DNA of 64,000 bases from contig OZ241863.1 in NCBI GenBank assembly GCA_965203055.1, positions 2,784,001 to 2,848,000 of the forward strand, in the 5' to 3' direction. Each line of letters opens with the position of its first letter. The first letter of the stretch is position 1. The stretch comes from Spirochaetia bacterium. Lineage in GTDB: Bacteria > Spirochaetota > Spirochaetia > SZUA-6 > Bin103. Made by a program: the position numbers and the translations under genes. Positions 1 through 9,626 of the stretch are shown here, one piece after another. A model generated the notes under the pieces. It saw only the letters and a program-made list of their open reading frames with translations. It did no database searches and was not told where the DNA came from.

Positions 1-888
1 GAACCGCCGTTCGGGCCGGTCCTCTACGCGCGCCGCATCTACCACAACACCGTGCTCGCGGTCACCGCGGTCGATCTGTCCCGGGTCGATGAGGCGACCG
101 CCGACCGCTATCGCCAGGCGTACCGCGCGACGGTGGCCGGGGAGCCGCTCTTCCGGTCGGAGTTCGACCTCTACCTCGACGGCCGCACGCTGACCTACGT
201 CAAGGAGACGTGCCGCCCGGGGGATACCGTGCATCCGTTCCGGCTGCTGGCCGCGCCCGTCGCGGTCGATGACCTTCCCCGCATCCGCCGGGAGGGCGGC
301 TGGGACCCGCTCACCTTCCGGTTCGGCCACTACGGGGTGCGCTTCGACGACCGGTGTATGATACGCCGCATCTTGCCGGACTACCCGATCCGGGCGCTCG
401 AAGTCGGCCGGCTGGTCCCCGGCGCAGGCGCCCTGATAGAAGCGACCATCGACCTTGCCGCCGCGGAACCGTCCGTGAGCCGGCATTGGCAGGCGCATGA
501 GGAGATCGTCGCCGGGGACCGGGGCGAGCCGGCCGCCCGCGCCGCCTTCGACCTCTATCTCGACGGCGGCGTGCTGACCTACCACAAGGAGCCGTGCGCA
601 GCGGCGGACGTGTGGGCGCGGTTCTTCCTGCACGTGTTTCCGTCGGACGCGGCGGAGATGTCCCCGCAGGGCAGCGCGCACGGCTTCGACAACCTGGACT
701 TCGCCTACGCCGAGCACGGCGTGCTGCTGGGGGGAGCATGCGTGGCGCAGGCGCCGTTGCCGGACTACGCGATCGCCCGCGTCCGCACCGGCCAGTTCAT
801 CAGCGGGCAGGGCCAGCTCTGGAGGGCGGAGTTCCCGGTGCCGGCGCCGGGGCCGGGGTCAGGGCCGGGAGCCGTGAGCCGGCGGTGA
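1..888 (+). CDS. 5'-truncated membrane glycosyltransferase-like protein (paralog of 18595..21252), two copies of the shared C-terminal domain
   Basis: Frame is open from base 1. EPPFGPVLYARRIYHNTVLAVTA matches PVSPALYARRVYHNTILTVTA in 18595..21252. Two FDLYLDG..LTY.KE.C repeats follow. Confidence 0.8.
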   Translation, partial: EPPFGPVLYARRIYHNTVLAVTAVDLSRVDEATADRYRQAYRATVAGEPLFRSEFDLYLDGRTLTYVKETCRPGDTVHPFRLLAAPVAVDDLPRIRREGGWDPLTFRFGHYGVRFDDRCMIRRILPDYPIRALEVGRLVPGAGALIEATIDLAAAEPSVSRHWQAHEEIVAGDRGEPAARAAFDLYLDGGVLTYHKEPCAAADVWARFFLHVFPSDAAEMSPQGSAHGFDNLDFAYAEHGVLLGGACVAQAPLPDYAIARVRTGQFISGQGQLWRAEFPVPAPGPGSGPGAVSRR

Positions 889-2435
889 AGCGACGGTCAT
901 CCCCCAAGCCGGCGCAGGTCCGCTATAACGACTGGCGGCAGGTGGCGCTGCCGCCGCCGGAAGAGTTCACCCCCGCGCTGCCGGTCAGCGTGATCATGCC
1001 CTGCTATCAGACGCCCCCGGCGGTGCTGGCGCGCACCCTGGCGGCGCTGGCGGGGCAGACCTGGCCGCGCGACCTGTTCGAGGTGGTGATCGTCGACGAC
1101 GGCTCCGAGCCGCCGCTGGCCCCGCCCCCGGGAGCGCCGCCGAACGTCCGGGTGGTGCGCCAGGAGCGCCGCGGGTTCGGAATCGCGCGCGCGCGCAACA
1201 CCGGCGTGCGGGCGGCCGCGCACAGCATCATCCTGTTCCTGGACGGCGATTCGCTGCCGGAAGCGGGTTGGCTGGCGGCGCACGCCCGCTGGCATCACGC
1301 CGTGTCCGACGTGGTGACCGTGGGCTTCCGCGCCAGCGTCGCGATGGAGGACCTGGAGGCGGCGGCGATCCGGCGCCGGCCCGGCACCCTGCGCGAGCTG
1401 TTCGCGGACCGCCCGGTCGACGCCCCCTGGATCGACGGCCACCTGCTGCGGATGGCCGACATGACGACGCGCGCGGCCGATCTGTTCCACGTGGTGGTCG
1501 GGGGGAACTTCGGGATCGGCCGGGAGTTCTACCGGGAGACAGGCGGCAGCGACGAGTCGTTCATGCGCTGGGGCATCGAGGATACCGAACTCGCCTACCG
1601 GGCCTACACCCGCGGCGGGCTGTTCGTGCCGGTCCGGTCCGCGCTGGTCTGGCATCAGGGGCGCGAGGCCGAAGGCAGGGAGGCGAAGGAGCGCAGCCTG
1701 CGACTGCAAATGGGCAAGGCGGCCAACCTGATCCCCCACCCCCGCTACCGCAGCGCGGCGCGCGGGCGCATCTACGCGGTGCCGCGCTACGTGGCGACCG
1801 TCGAGGCCGGCCACAGTACGGCCGAACAGGTGGCCGAGGCGGCCGTGAACCTGCTGACCGACCGAGCGCATGATCTGGTGGTGCGCATCGAAATCGACGG
1901 GAAGCGCGACGCCGCGGGACTGGCATGGCTCCGGGAAGTATTCGGCCCTGACCCGCGGGTGCATATCGCGCCGGCCCGCTCCGCCCTGGACCAATTCCCG
2001 GCGGCGCCGTTCCACGTCCGGCTGCCGGCCACGGCGGCGGCGAAGAACTTGGTGCACGCTCTGCATTACCACCTGCGGGGCGCGGTCCTCGCCATCTCAT
2101 TGCTGCCGGACGGAACGAGCGTGTCGATCGCCCGCACGTGGGCGCTGCAGCGGGCGCGGCGCGCGGGCGGGAACCTCGCGGACTTCGGCGACGTACGGGA
2201 GCTGGCGCCCGCGAAGCTGAAGCTGAAGACGGCGCCGGGACCGGGAACGGCGCGCGCGGCGGCGCGGAACGCCGCGGGACTGCTCGCCGGATGGCGTTCC
2301 CTGCGCGCCCGAGCGCGGGACGTCTACGATCTCCGGGAGGCGTGGTGGTTCGTCCGCTGGGTGGCGTGGTCGTGCCGGCGGCGGCTGCTGCGCAGAACCG
2401 GCTCCTCATCCACCTCCCGGACCGGCGACTCTTGA
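885..2435 (+). CDS. Glycosyltransferase family 2
   Basis: VSVIMPCY, EVVIVDDGS, ARARNTG, ILFLDGD and WGIEDTELAYR motifs. GTG start at 885 overlaps the upstream TGA (GTGA). Confidence 0.9.
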   Translation: MKRRSSPKPAQVRYNDWRQVALPPPEEFTPALPVSVIMPCYQTPPAVLARTLAALAGQTWPRDLFEVVIVDDGSEPPLAPPPGAPPNVRVVRQERRGFGIARARNTGVRAAAHSIILFLDGDSLPEAGWLAAHARWHHAVSDVVTVGFRASVAMEDLEAAAIRRRPGTLRELFADRPVDAPWIDGHLLRMADMTTRAADLFHVVVGGNFGIGREFYRETGGSDESFMRWGIEDTELAYRAYTRGGLFVPVRSALVWHQGREAEGREAKERSLRLQMGKAANLIPHPRYRSAARGRIYAVPRYVATVEAGHSTAEQVAEAAVNLLTDRAHDLVVRIEIDGKRDAAGLAWLREVFGPDPRVHIAPARSALDQFPAAPFHVRLPATAAAKNLVHALHYHLRGAVLAISLLPDGTSVSIARTWALQRARRAGGNLADFGDVRELAPAKLKLKTAPGPGTARAAARNAAGLLAGWRSLRARARDVYDLREAWWFVRWVAWSCRRRLLRRTGSSSTSRTGDS

Positions 2436-2460
2436 GCGGGCTCGCCGCCAAACACGACGC

Positions 2461-3297
2461 ATGACCGCGCCGCCGATACTGCGCCGCTGCCGGCAGGCGC
2501 TCACGATCGCCGCGAAGCCGGACCTGGTTCGGGAGCTGGCCGGCGCCGCGCTGCGCGGGCGGCTCGCTGCGGCGGCGCGCATGGCGGTTACCGCGGCCCG
2601 TTCTCCCGACCTGGGGGCCGAAAAGATCATCTCCCGAAAATATCGCTATATCTGGCTGTGCGTGCCCAAGGCCGCGTCGCGCAGCATCATGGCGGCGCTG
2701 CAAGGCATCACCCCGGACGACGAGATATTCACCGGAACGAGCGCGGCCGAGCTGTTCGCGCAACGGCCCGAAGCGCGCGACTATTACAGCTTCGCCTTCG
2801 TCAGAAATCCGTACACCCGGGCGCTCTCCTTCTACGCCGACCTGCACTTCGCGCACCTCCGCTATTCCGGCGCCGCGGCGCGCCGGCGCAAGAAGGAGCG
2901 CAGCGCCCGCTTCTTCAAGCGCTTCTACGGGCTGGCCGAGACCGGCGATTTCGACGACTTCTGCCGCTGGCTGAACACGCCCTGGGCTTCGGACGCGGTC
3001 GCCGACCGCCACTTTCTGTCGCAATACCTGCAGATTCGCCTCGACGGCGGGCGCCGGCCCGACTTCGTCGGCCGCTTCGAGAACCTCGACGCCGACTTCC
3101 GCCGCGTCGCCGAGCGGCTCGGCCTGCCGGCGCCGGCGCTGCCCCTGCTGCACACCATGGCCGGCTGGCGCACCACGCCGGCGGCCCTGCAGGCGGCCAG
3201 AGCCGCCATGAGCGCTCAGCTTACCGAGCGCAACAAGGCGTTGCTCCGCGCACGGTACGCGCGCGACTTCGAGCTCGAAGACCATGCTTCGGCATGA
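2461..3297 (+). CDS. Sulfotransferase family 2 (PAPS-dependent carbohydrate sulfotransferase-like)
   Basis: WLCVPKAASRS (5'-PSB), FAFVRNPYTRALSFY (3'-PB), HFLSQ and DFVGRFENL. Confidence 0.85.
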   Translation: MTAPPILRRCRQALTIAAKPDLVRELAGAALRGRLAAAARMAVTAARSPDLGAEKIISRKYRYIWLCVPKAASRSIMAALQGITPDDEIFTGTSAAELFAQRPEARDYYSFAFVRNPYTRALSFYADLHFAHLRYSGAAARRRKKERSARFFKRFYGLAETGDFDDFCRWLNTPWASDAVADRHFLSQYLQIRLDGGRRPDFVGRFENLDADFRRVAERLGLPAPALPLLHTMAGWRTTPAALQAARAAMSAQLTERNKALLRARYARDFELEDHASA

Positions 3298-3336
3298 CCG
3301 GCCGGCCGCCTGCCGGCCTGCCGGCCGGCTGTCCGG

Positions 3337-4263
3337 TCACAGCGCGGCGGCGAACGCGCCGGCGATCCCCGCCGCGGTGAGCCAGCTCGCGCGGTCGCGC
3401 AGCGCGAACACCACCGGATCGTCGTGCACGGCCCCGCGGTTGGCGAGCAGCGTCAGGCGTCCCAGCCAGTAGACCAACAGCAGGCAGATCAGCCACAGGA
3501 ACTCCGGCCGGCCGTACCGCATGCTCACCTCCGGACTCTGGATGTACAGGGCCAGGATGATCACCGCGGCGAAGCCGGCGGCGCCGGCGAGCGCCGCCAC
3601 CACCGGCGCGTCGCCGATCAACCAGGCGCGCCCGTCGGCCGCGAGCCGGCCCGACTCGCGCAGGGCATGCAGCTCGCTCACGCGCTTGACGGCGGCCAGA
3701 GCGATGAACGCGAACAGGAAGAAGGCCAGGAACCACGGGGTCAGCGGGACCGATGCCGCCACCCCGCCGGCGAGTACGCGCACCAGGTGAAGCAGCGACA
3801 GCGTCATGATGTCTACGAACAACCCGCGCTTCAACGCCAGCGAATAGGCTGCGGCCACCAACAGGTAGAGCAGCACCGTCCCGCCGGCGGCGGGCGATAG
3901 CCGGAAGGCGGCGGCGAGTCCGCCGGCCGCCAGCAGCGCGGCCAACCCGATCATCGGCGGCAACCGCACCCGGCCGGCCGCCAGCGGGCGGTGGCGCTTG
4001 CTCGGGTGACGGCGGTCGTGGGGAAGATCGAGCAGGTCGTTGAGGACGTAGGCTCCCGACGCGCACGCCGACAGCGCCGCGAACATCGCCGCCGCCCGCA
4101 GGTACAGCTCGACCTCGGTCGCGTGCGCGGTGATCAGCGGGAGGAACACCAGCGCGTTCTTGACCCATTGGTGCGGGCGCAGAGCGCGGAGATAATCGGC
4201 CGGACCGCCGCCGATTCCGGGCCGCGGGGCGGCGCTGCGGGTGGCTTCCGTTTCGCTCAGCAT
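3337..4263 (-). CDS. UbiA-family prenyltransferase, polyprenyl-phosphate phosphoribosyltransferase (DPPR synthase)-like
   Basis: ALRPHQWVKNALVF and YVLNDLLDLPHDRRHPSKRHRPLAAG, multiple TM helices, HDDPVVFALRD tail. Start placed at the ATG at 4263. Confidence 0.85.
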   Translation of the reverse strand: MLSETEATRSAAPRPGIGGGPADYLRALRPHQWVKNALVFLPLITAHATEVELYLRAAAMFAALSACASGAYVLNDLLDLPHDRRHPSKRHRPLAAGRVRLPPMIGLAALLAAGGLAAAFRLSPAAGGTVLLYLLVAAAYSLALKRGLFVDIMTLSLLHLVRVLAGGVAASVPLTPWFLAFFLFAFIALAAVKRVSELHALRESGRLAADGRAWLIGDAPVVAALAGAAGFAAVIILALYIQSPEVSMRYGRPEFLWLICLLLVYWLGRLTLLANRGAVHDDPVVFALRDRASWLTAAGIAGAFAAAL

Positions 4264-4357
4264 GCGCGGCGGCGCGGGCGGGTCCGATGGAAGACGCGCA
4301 TGACCGGATGATATACTACCCCGCCGGTCGGCGGCCGGATGGCATGGAAAGAACAGC

Positions 4358-6313
4358 GTGAGGATCAGCTCCCCCGGCGCACGTTCACGTTCCGGCTTCA
4401 CCCTGTTCCTGGCCGCGCTGGCGGTAGCGGGCGCCGGGCTGGTGCTGGCGCGGGAAGTCACCTACGGGCCGGGACTGAGGGGTGACGCCCTCGGCCTGAT
4501 AGCGATGGCCCGCAACCTGCTGGCCGGCGAGGGCCTTACCTATATCAGCGGCCGCGCCCAGACCAACTGGCCGCCGTTCTACCCGCTGCTGCTGGCCGCC
4601 GGCGGCCTGGTGGGGTTCGACCCGCTTCACGTCGCCGGTCCGCTCAACGCGGCCCTCTTCGGGCTGACCGTCTTCATCGCCGGGCGCCACCTGCGCCGGC
4701 GCCTCCGGTCGCGCTTCCTGGCGGTGTGGGCCGCGCTTGCGGTCGTCCTGTCGGTGCCGCTGGCGACGCGGGCGTGGACGGCGATGTCCGAACCGACCTT
4801 CATCCTGCTGGCGGCCGCAGCGCTGATGCAGACCGACCGGTTCCTCACCGAAGGGCGCACTCCGGCCCTGGCGTGGGCCGCGGTCTGCGGCTCGCTGGCG
4901 TTCCTGACCCGCTACGCGGGCGTGGCCGTGCCGTTGGCCGTGGGGCTGGCGCTGCTCTGCCAACCGCGCGCGTCGTTCCGGCAGCGGGCGGGGCGGATCG
5001 CCGCGGTGGCGCTGACCGCCGCCGTTCCCATGGCGCTGTGGCTGCTCCGCAACTACCTGGTCACCGGGCAGCTCATCAAGCAGGTGGCCGACCTGCGGCC
5101 TCCCATCCTGTCCGTGCCGGCGGCGCTCGACGGGGTGCGCGCCACGCTGTGGGAATGGTCGTACCTCGACTTCCTGCCGCCCGCGGTCACCTGGGCGCTG
5201 CTGGCGCTGGCCGCCGCGGCGCTGCTGCCGATCGGCCTGGCGGCGGTCGGAGGGCGGCGCGAGCGGCCGCCGTTCGCGTGGCACGCCGTGCTGGTGTTCG
5301 GCGGTTTCACGCTGCTCTATCTCGTCGTGCTCATCGCTTCGATCACCACCCTCCCGCATCCCTGGCAGTCCCGGTTCCTGGCTCCGGTCTACGTCCCGCT
5401 GCTGGCGATCGCGGCGTTCGCCCTCGATTGGTTGCTGGCCGCGCCGCGGCGGCGGAACGCGGCGGCGGCGCGTCTGCCCGGCGCGGTCCTGATGGTGGCG
5501 CTCTCCCTCTGGACGGCGGCGCAGGTGGTGCGCGGCGGCTTCGAGATCCGCCGCCTCAACTCCGACCAGCCGTACCTCAGCTTCCTGTCGCAACCGTGGG
5601 CCGATTCGGCGACCGTGCGGCATCTCCGGGAGAACCCCGGCGGCGGCACGGTCTACAGCAACGTGCGCAACGCGGCGTACCTGTACGGCGACGGAACCGG
5701 GACCTATCACCGGCTTCCGGTGCGCTGGACGGAGCTGCAGGAGCAGGTGGCGGCGGCGCCGGACGGCGCGCGCCTGATCTGGTTCGACGCCTACCGGGTC
5801 GACCTGGTGTGGGGCCTGGTCCCGTACGACTACGGCGTTGCGCAACTGCGCGCGACCCGGGGCCTGGAACCGGTGGCGGAGTTGGCCGACGGCGCCGTCT
5901 TCACGGTAAACGCGGACTACGCGCCGCCCGCCAACGCGCATCTGGCGGCGTATGCGGCGATCGATGCGGGCGCTCTGGGCGAGCCGGCCGCCCGCGCCGC
6001 CTTCGACCTCTATCTCGACGGTAGGGAGCTGGTCTACCTGAAGAAGCCGTGCAGCCCCGACGACGCCGGCGAGCGGTTCTTCCTGCATCTGTTCCCGGCC
6101 GATGCCGCGGACCTGTCCGACCGCGGCCGGCAGCACGGCTTCGACAACCTGGACTTCGACTTCGCGGACCGCGGCGTGTTCCCGGCCGCCGATACGTGCC
6201 TGGCGCTGGTGCCGCTGCCGGACTACGACCGGGGCATCGACCGCATCCGTACCGGCCAGTGGATTCGCGGCGCAGGCCAGCTCTGGAGCGTGGAGTTCCG
6301 GACCTCCGAGTAG
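4358..6313 (+). CDS. GT-C fold (ArnT/PMT-like) membrane glycosyltransferase with one shared C-terminal domain
   Basis: WPPFYPLLLA, MSEPTF and LAFLTRYAG motifs, many TM helices, C-terminal FDLYLDG...RFFLHLFP...GFDNLDF domain. Confidence 0.8.
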   Translation: MRISSPGARSRSGFTLFLAALAVAGAGLVLAREVTYGPGLRGDALGLIAMARNLLAGEGLTYISGRAQTNWPPFYPLLLAAGGLVGFDPLHVAGPLNAALFGLTVFIAGRHLRRRLRSRFLAVWAALAVVLSVPLATRAWTAMSEPTFILLAAAALMQTDRFLTEGRTPALAWAAVCGSLAFLTRYAGVAVPLAVGLALLCQPRASFRQRAGRIAAVALTAAVPMALWLLRNYLVTGQLIKQVADLRPPILSVPAALDGVRATLWEWSYLDFLPPAVTWALLALAAAALLPIGLAAVGGRRERPPFAWHAVLVFGGFTLLYLVVLIASITTLPHPWQSRFLAPVYVPLLAIAAFALDWLLAAPRRRNAAAARLPGAVLMVALSLWTAAQVVRGGFEIRRLNSDQPYLSFLSQPWADSATVRHLRENPGGGTVYSNVRNAAYLYGDGTGTYHRLPVRWTELQEQVAAAPDGARLIWFDAYRVDLVWGLVPYDYGVAQLRATRGLEPVAELADGAVFTVNADYAPPANAHLAAYAAIDAGALGEPAARAAFDLYLDGRELVYLKKPCSPDDAGERFFLHLFPADAADLSDRGRQHGFDNLDFDFADRGVFPAADTCLALVPLPDYDRGIDRIRTGQWIRGAGQLWSVEFRTSE

Positions 6314-6377
6314 CCCGCCGCGCGAGGCTGGATGGCTGGAAGGAGTTGCTCAACCAAGTGAGCGAGAAGCGAGGTGG

Positions 6378-6779
6378 TCATACGGACCGGATCAGTGAGA
6401 GGTTCGGGATAGCAACGAAATCACGGTCGTGAGTAGCCAGCGGGCACTGCAACAGGATAGCGGTCGCGGCGATCCACGCATCGGCCAACTTCAGCTCCCG
6501 ACCGGCCGATCTACGTTCGCTACGCAAGCGGGCGCAGATCCGGACCAATTCGTCACTTGCCCACACGATCTCGTATTGATCGAGGTGTTCAGCGAGCGTG
6601 GCTTGGCGCCGTCTCTCCCAATTGCTCTTGTATGCCCCGTACCACAGTTCCTCCAAGGTCTGAAACGAGATGAGACTGCGACAGCCCGCCAGTTTTCCCT
6701 CATAGTATGGTGCCCGGCCATCCTGATTGTAGATGATCGAAACGACACTGGTGTCAACGACTACCAGCGGAGCGCTCAT
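6378..6779 (-). CDS. PIN-domain (VapC-like) toxin
   Basis: VVDTSVVS, TLEEL, ADAWIAATA and LATHDRDF. ATG overlaps the upstream stop (TGATG). Confidence 0.9.
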   Translation of the reverse strand: MSAPLVVVDTSVVSIIYNQDGRAPYYEGKLAGCRSLISFQTLEELWYGAYKSNWERRRQATLAEHLDQYEIVWASDELVRICARLRSERRSAGRELKLADAWIAATAILLQCPLATHDRDFVAIPNLSLIRSV

Positions 6780-7627
6780 CAAGCGTCGCGACCTTCTCGG
6801 ATGATGCGCATGAACTCGTCGACATCGAACGGCTCGCTCGTCCTGACCACCTTCTCAGGGTCGAAGACCTTTGGGTCAGGGGCGTTCAACAGCTCGTCGA
6901 GATCATATGGCTGCAGCGACGATCTGGTCCCTTTGAGCTGCCCGACGTGAAAGTCTACCAAGCTGCCATCCGCGGCGAAGGTGCCGCGACCTCTAACCTC
7001 GACATACTGAGTCGCGTGACGCTGCATATCCTTATCCAGTGCGGCATCGAATCGGAGCCGAACCACGGGTTGGCCGTAGTTGTGCAGATGGGCAGTCCTT
7101 CGCTTCCAGTCGACCATCATCAGACGTCCCTGCAAGGTTGCATCGATTTCCTCGGCCGTACTCGGCTCATGGACTTGGCTCATTCTGGTCAGGGTCAACG
7201 AGCTTTCCGTGCCGGGGGAGCTGAGCCGTACTAAATATATTTCCTCCGACAATTCATTCCGCACGGCATTCAGCTCCTTGACGACTCCTTGAGGCAACGA
7301 CGGGTCTTGATCGCCTTTCCACCTCAGAAGGCGGTTCACGGCCCGAGGGCCGTAGTTCCATAGGTCGGGTTGCGCACCAACCGGAGGGGACAGTTCCAGC
7401 ACTGCGACAAGGGAACCCGGAGCCGTGCGCACCAGCCGCAGGGCGCTCTGGTCTCGCGCGAGCTTCGGCGGTCGGCCTCGGCGGGAAGGATCGGCGCCCA
7501 TCAGATGGACCACCATGAGTCGTACCGCCCGCTGCATATGCTCCAAGGTCTTAAGGAGATCCTTGACCGGCAGCCCGGCTTCGCTGACGCGTGGCCCCTT
7601 GAACGCGACATGTAGCTGGTTCTTCAG
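6779..7627 (-). CDS. Hypothetical protein, probable partner/antitoxin of the PIN toxin
   Basis: Frame stays open upstream of the ORF-track start (7546) to a CTG at 7627 preceded by GAGGAGG. Coupled to the PIN gene. Lower GC than its flanks. Confidence 0.6.
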   Translation of the reverse strand: MKNQLHVAFKGPRVSEAGLPVKDLLKTLEHMQRAVRLMVVHLMGADPSRRGRPPKLARDQSALRLVRTAPGSLVAVLELSPPVGAQPDLWNYGPRAVNRLLRWKGDQDPSLPQGVVKELNAVRNELSEEIYLVRLSSPGTESSLTLTRMSQVHEPSTAEEIDATLQGRLMMVDWKRRTAHLHNYGQPVVRLRFDAALDKDMQRHATQYVEVRGRGTFAADGSLVDFHVGQLKGTRSSLQPYDLDELLNAPDPKVFDPEKVVRTSEPFDVDEFMRIIREGRDA

Positions 7628-7778
7628 GGGAACCTCCTCGGTGGATAGGAGTGGACTTTGAGATTGGTCCCGATTCTATGGCCACCCAACGGTCAGCCTC
7701 CAGACGCTGGCCGCAGCATAGCACGCCGCGCACGGCTCGACAGACCACGCTCCGCGTGGGGCGCATCGGCGATCTTGA

Positions 7779-9122
7779 TCACCGGTCTACCGGAGCCTGA
7801 TCCTCGCCGGGGCGCCCGTATCCGGCACCGACGTGGCGGTAACGGTGATGGGCGGCGCACAGCAGGCGGAGATTGTTCGGCTCGGCGCCGCCGCCGCGGG
7901 CATACGGCACGACGTGATCGATCTGCAGCAGGTGCTGCGAGCCGCAGCGGCGCCCGCTGGTGCGGTCCACGTAGCGGCAGCGGCCCCGGTCGCGCCGCCA
8001 GACCTCGCGCTTGACCGCCGCCGGGATGGCGCGGCCGGTCACGCCCGGCTTCGCTGCCGAAGTCCGGGTCCGCGGCGGCGCAGCCGGCTGCGCGCACGCC
8101 GCAGCCTGCCGGTCGAGGCGCCGCGTCTTCGGCGCCGAAGTGGCGTCGCCCGCCGGCTTCGCTGCCGAAGTGTCCGGGCGGTCAGCGGCTTCGTCTCCCG
8201 GCTGCGCCGCCGCCTGAGTCGATACCTTCGCCGCCGAAGGATCGGCGCTGTCCGCGCTCGCCTCCTGCTTCGCTGCTGGGGCAGCGAAGCGAGCCGAGGC
8301 CGCCTGCGTCTTCGGCGCCGAAGTCTGCTCGGCTCCTTTGGCCGGCGCGGCGCGCCGCCCGCGCGGCGGCCGGGCCGGGTCGTGGCGGTCGAGCCCTTCC
8401 CGCACCAGCCCCAGGAGCTGCCCCATCGTCAGGTGCGGGTCGACGTGGGACAGGAGGCCCTGGAGCCGCTCCAAGCCCCGCCGGCACTCATCGTCGATCA
8501 CCGCCTTGAGCTCCCAGCGCCCGCTGCCCAGCGGCCGCACCCGATCCGCCGGCGCCGCCAGCTCCGGGTCCACCTCGGCCAGCAACTGCATCACCTCCCG
8601 GCTGCTCTTGCCGGACGCCTGCTCCACCAGCTCCCGCCGAGCCTCGGAGTCCAGCACCGGCGCCGGCTTCCGCTCCGCCGGCCGCGGCGGCGCCGAGCCC
8701 TCCTGCGATTGCGCGGCTGCCCCGAACCCGGTCCCGCCCGGCGCGCGCCGCGCCGCGCGTTCCTTCTTGCGCTCCTGCCGGTCGAAGGCATGCTGCAACT
8801 GCGCGGCCGCGTTCAGCGTCATCGAGCCATTCTGCAGGCGCTCCCGCACGCCCTCGACGTCCGCGCAGAGCCGCATCGCCTTGATACGCCGCCACGCTGC
8901 GGCGTCGCTGTAGCCCAGCTCGCGCACCGCGTAATCGAACAGGCTGGAGAACCCGCGGCGCAGGTACAGACGGCGCTTATGAATCTCGCGCAGGTGGTCG
9001 ATCACGACGACTTCGAGATGGTGTTCGATGCCGGAAAGTTCCTTGGTCCGCTCCAGCAAGCGGTCGTCTGAGAGGGCGGACACGGTAGTCGTGACGGCCC
9101 CGACGGAAGCATGTTTGCTCAT
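7779..9122 (-). CDS. HNH endonuclease with helical N-terminal domain (DUF222-like architecture)
   Basis: C-terminal RAIPAAVKREVWRRDRGRC...C...IDHVVP..GG...NLRLLCAAHH. N-terminal LYLRRGFSSLFDYAVRELGYS. Confidence 0.9.
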   Translation of the reverse strand: MSKHASVGAVTTTVSALSDDRLLERTKELSGIEHHLEVVVIDHLREIHKRRLYLRRGFSSLFDYAVRELGYSDAAAWRRIKAMRLCADVEGVRERLQNGSMTLNAAAQLQHAFDRQERKKERAARRAPGGTGFGAAAQSQEGSAPPRPAERKPAPVLDSEARRELVEQASGKSSREVMQLLAEVDPELAAPADRVRPLGSGRWELKAVIDDECRRGLERLQGLLSHVDPHLTMGQLLGLVREGLDRHDPARPPRGRRAAPAKGAEQTSAPKTQAASARFAAPAAKQEASADSADPSAAKVSTQAAAQPGDEAADRPDTSAAKPAGDATSAPKTRRLDRQAAACAQPAAPPRTRTSAAKPGVTGRAIPAAVKREVWRRDRGRCRYVDRTSGRRCGSQHLLQIDHVVPYARGGGAEPNNLRLLCAAHHRYRHVGAGYGRPGEDQAPVDR

Positions 9123-9128
9123 GGCATA

Positions 9129-9157
9129 AGTATAATCATGGAAACTACTTGAGTCAA
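9129..9157 (-). promoter_or_regulatory. Sigma70-type promoter of the HNH gene, probably leaderless
   Basis: TTGACT-17nt-TATACT, 6 nt before the ATG. Conserved in copy 2 at 52875-52903. Confidence 0.7.
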
Positions 9158-9543
9158 GTTATTCAGCCCGGAAGATGCCACCTGCGGGCGTGATTCGGCG
9201 GCGCATTTCCAAGCGGCTGGACGTTCCGTCATATGCTACTGCCGAGAACGTCGCCGGCGTCGAGCGGCAGGATTTCTTCTTACGGCCCCAGGCGGCCTCG
9301 TCGATCGGTACCAACAAATTGGAAGTGCGCCCTCCGCGTGACGTGGATTCGCGGCGTGGGCCAGCTCTGGAGCCGAGTTCCGGGCCGCCGAGTAGCCGGC
9401 GGCGACAGCCCCCGTTGCCCGGCGCGCAACCGCGCGCGTAGAATCCGGCAACGATGAAATCGATCTTGGCGGCGCTCGGCGTGACGCGCGTGACGCGACG
9501 GACGCGGACGTTGGTTGACACGCCAAGCAGTTCCGTGTACAAA

Positions 9544-9626
9544 CCGCCGACCGCCGACCGCCGACCGCCGACCGCCGACCGCCGACCGCCGACCGCCGAC
9601 CGCCGACCGCCGACCGCCGACCGCCG
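9544..9626 (+). repeat. Heptanucleotide SSR (CCGCCGA)x11 plus CCGCCG
   Basis: Direct count. Confidence 0.95.

Larger units (their letters stand above)
7759..9332. mobile_element. Non-autonomous element with ISKra4-type ends carrying an HNH gene
   Basis: Ends are GGGCGCAT and AATTGGAAGTGCGCCC. Perfect 8-bp direct repeat TCCGCGTG at 7751-7758 and 9333-9340. No transposase inside. Confidence 0.8.

Noticed and set aside
7779..9122. IscB/Cas9-like RNA-guided nuclease
   Set aside because: No RuvC motifs or PLMP N-terminus were visible, only a terminal HNH domain.
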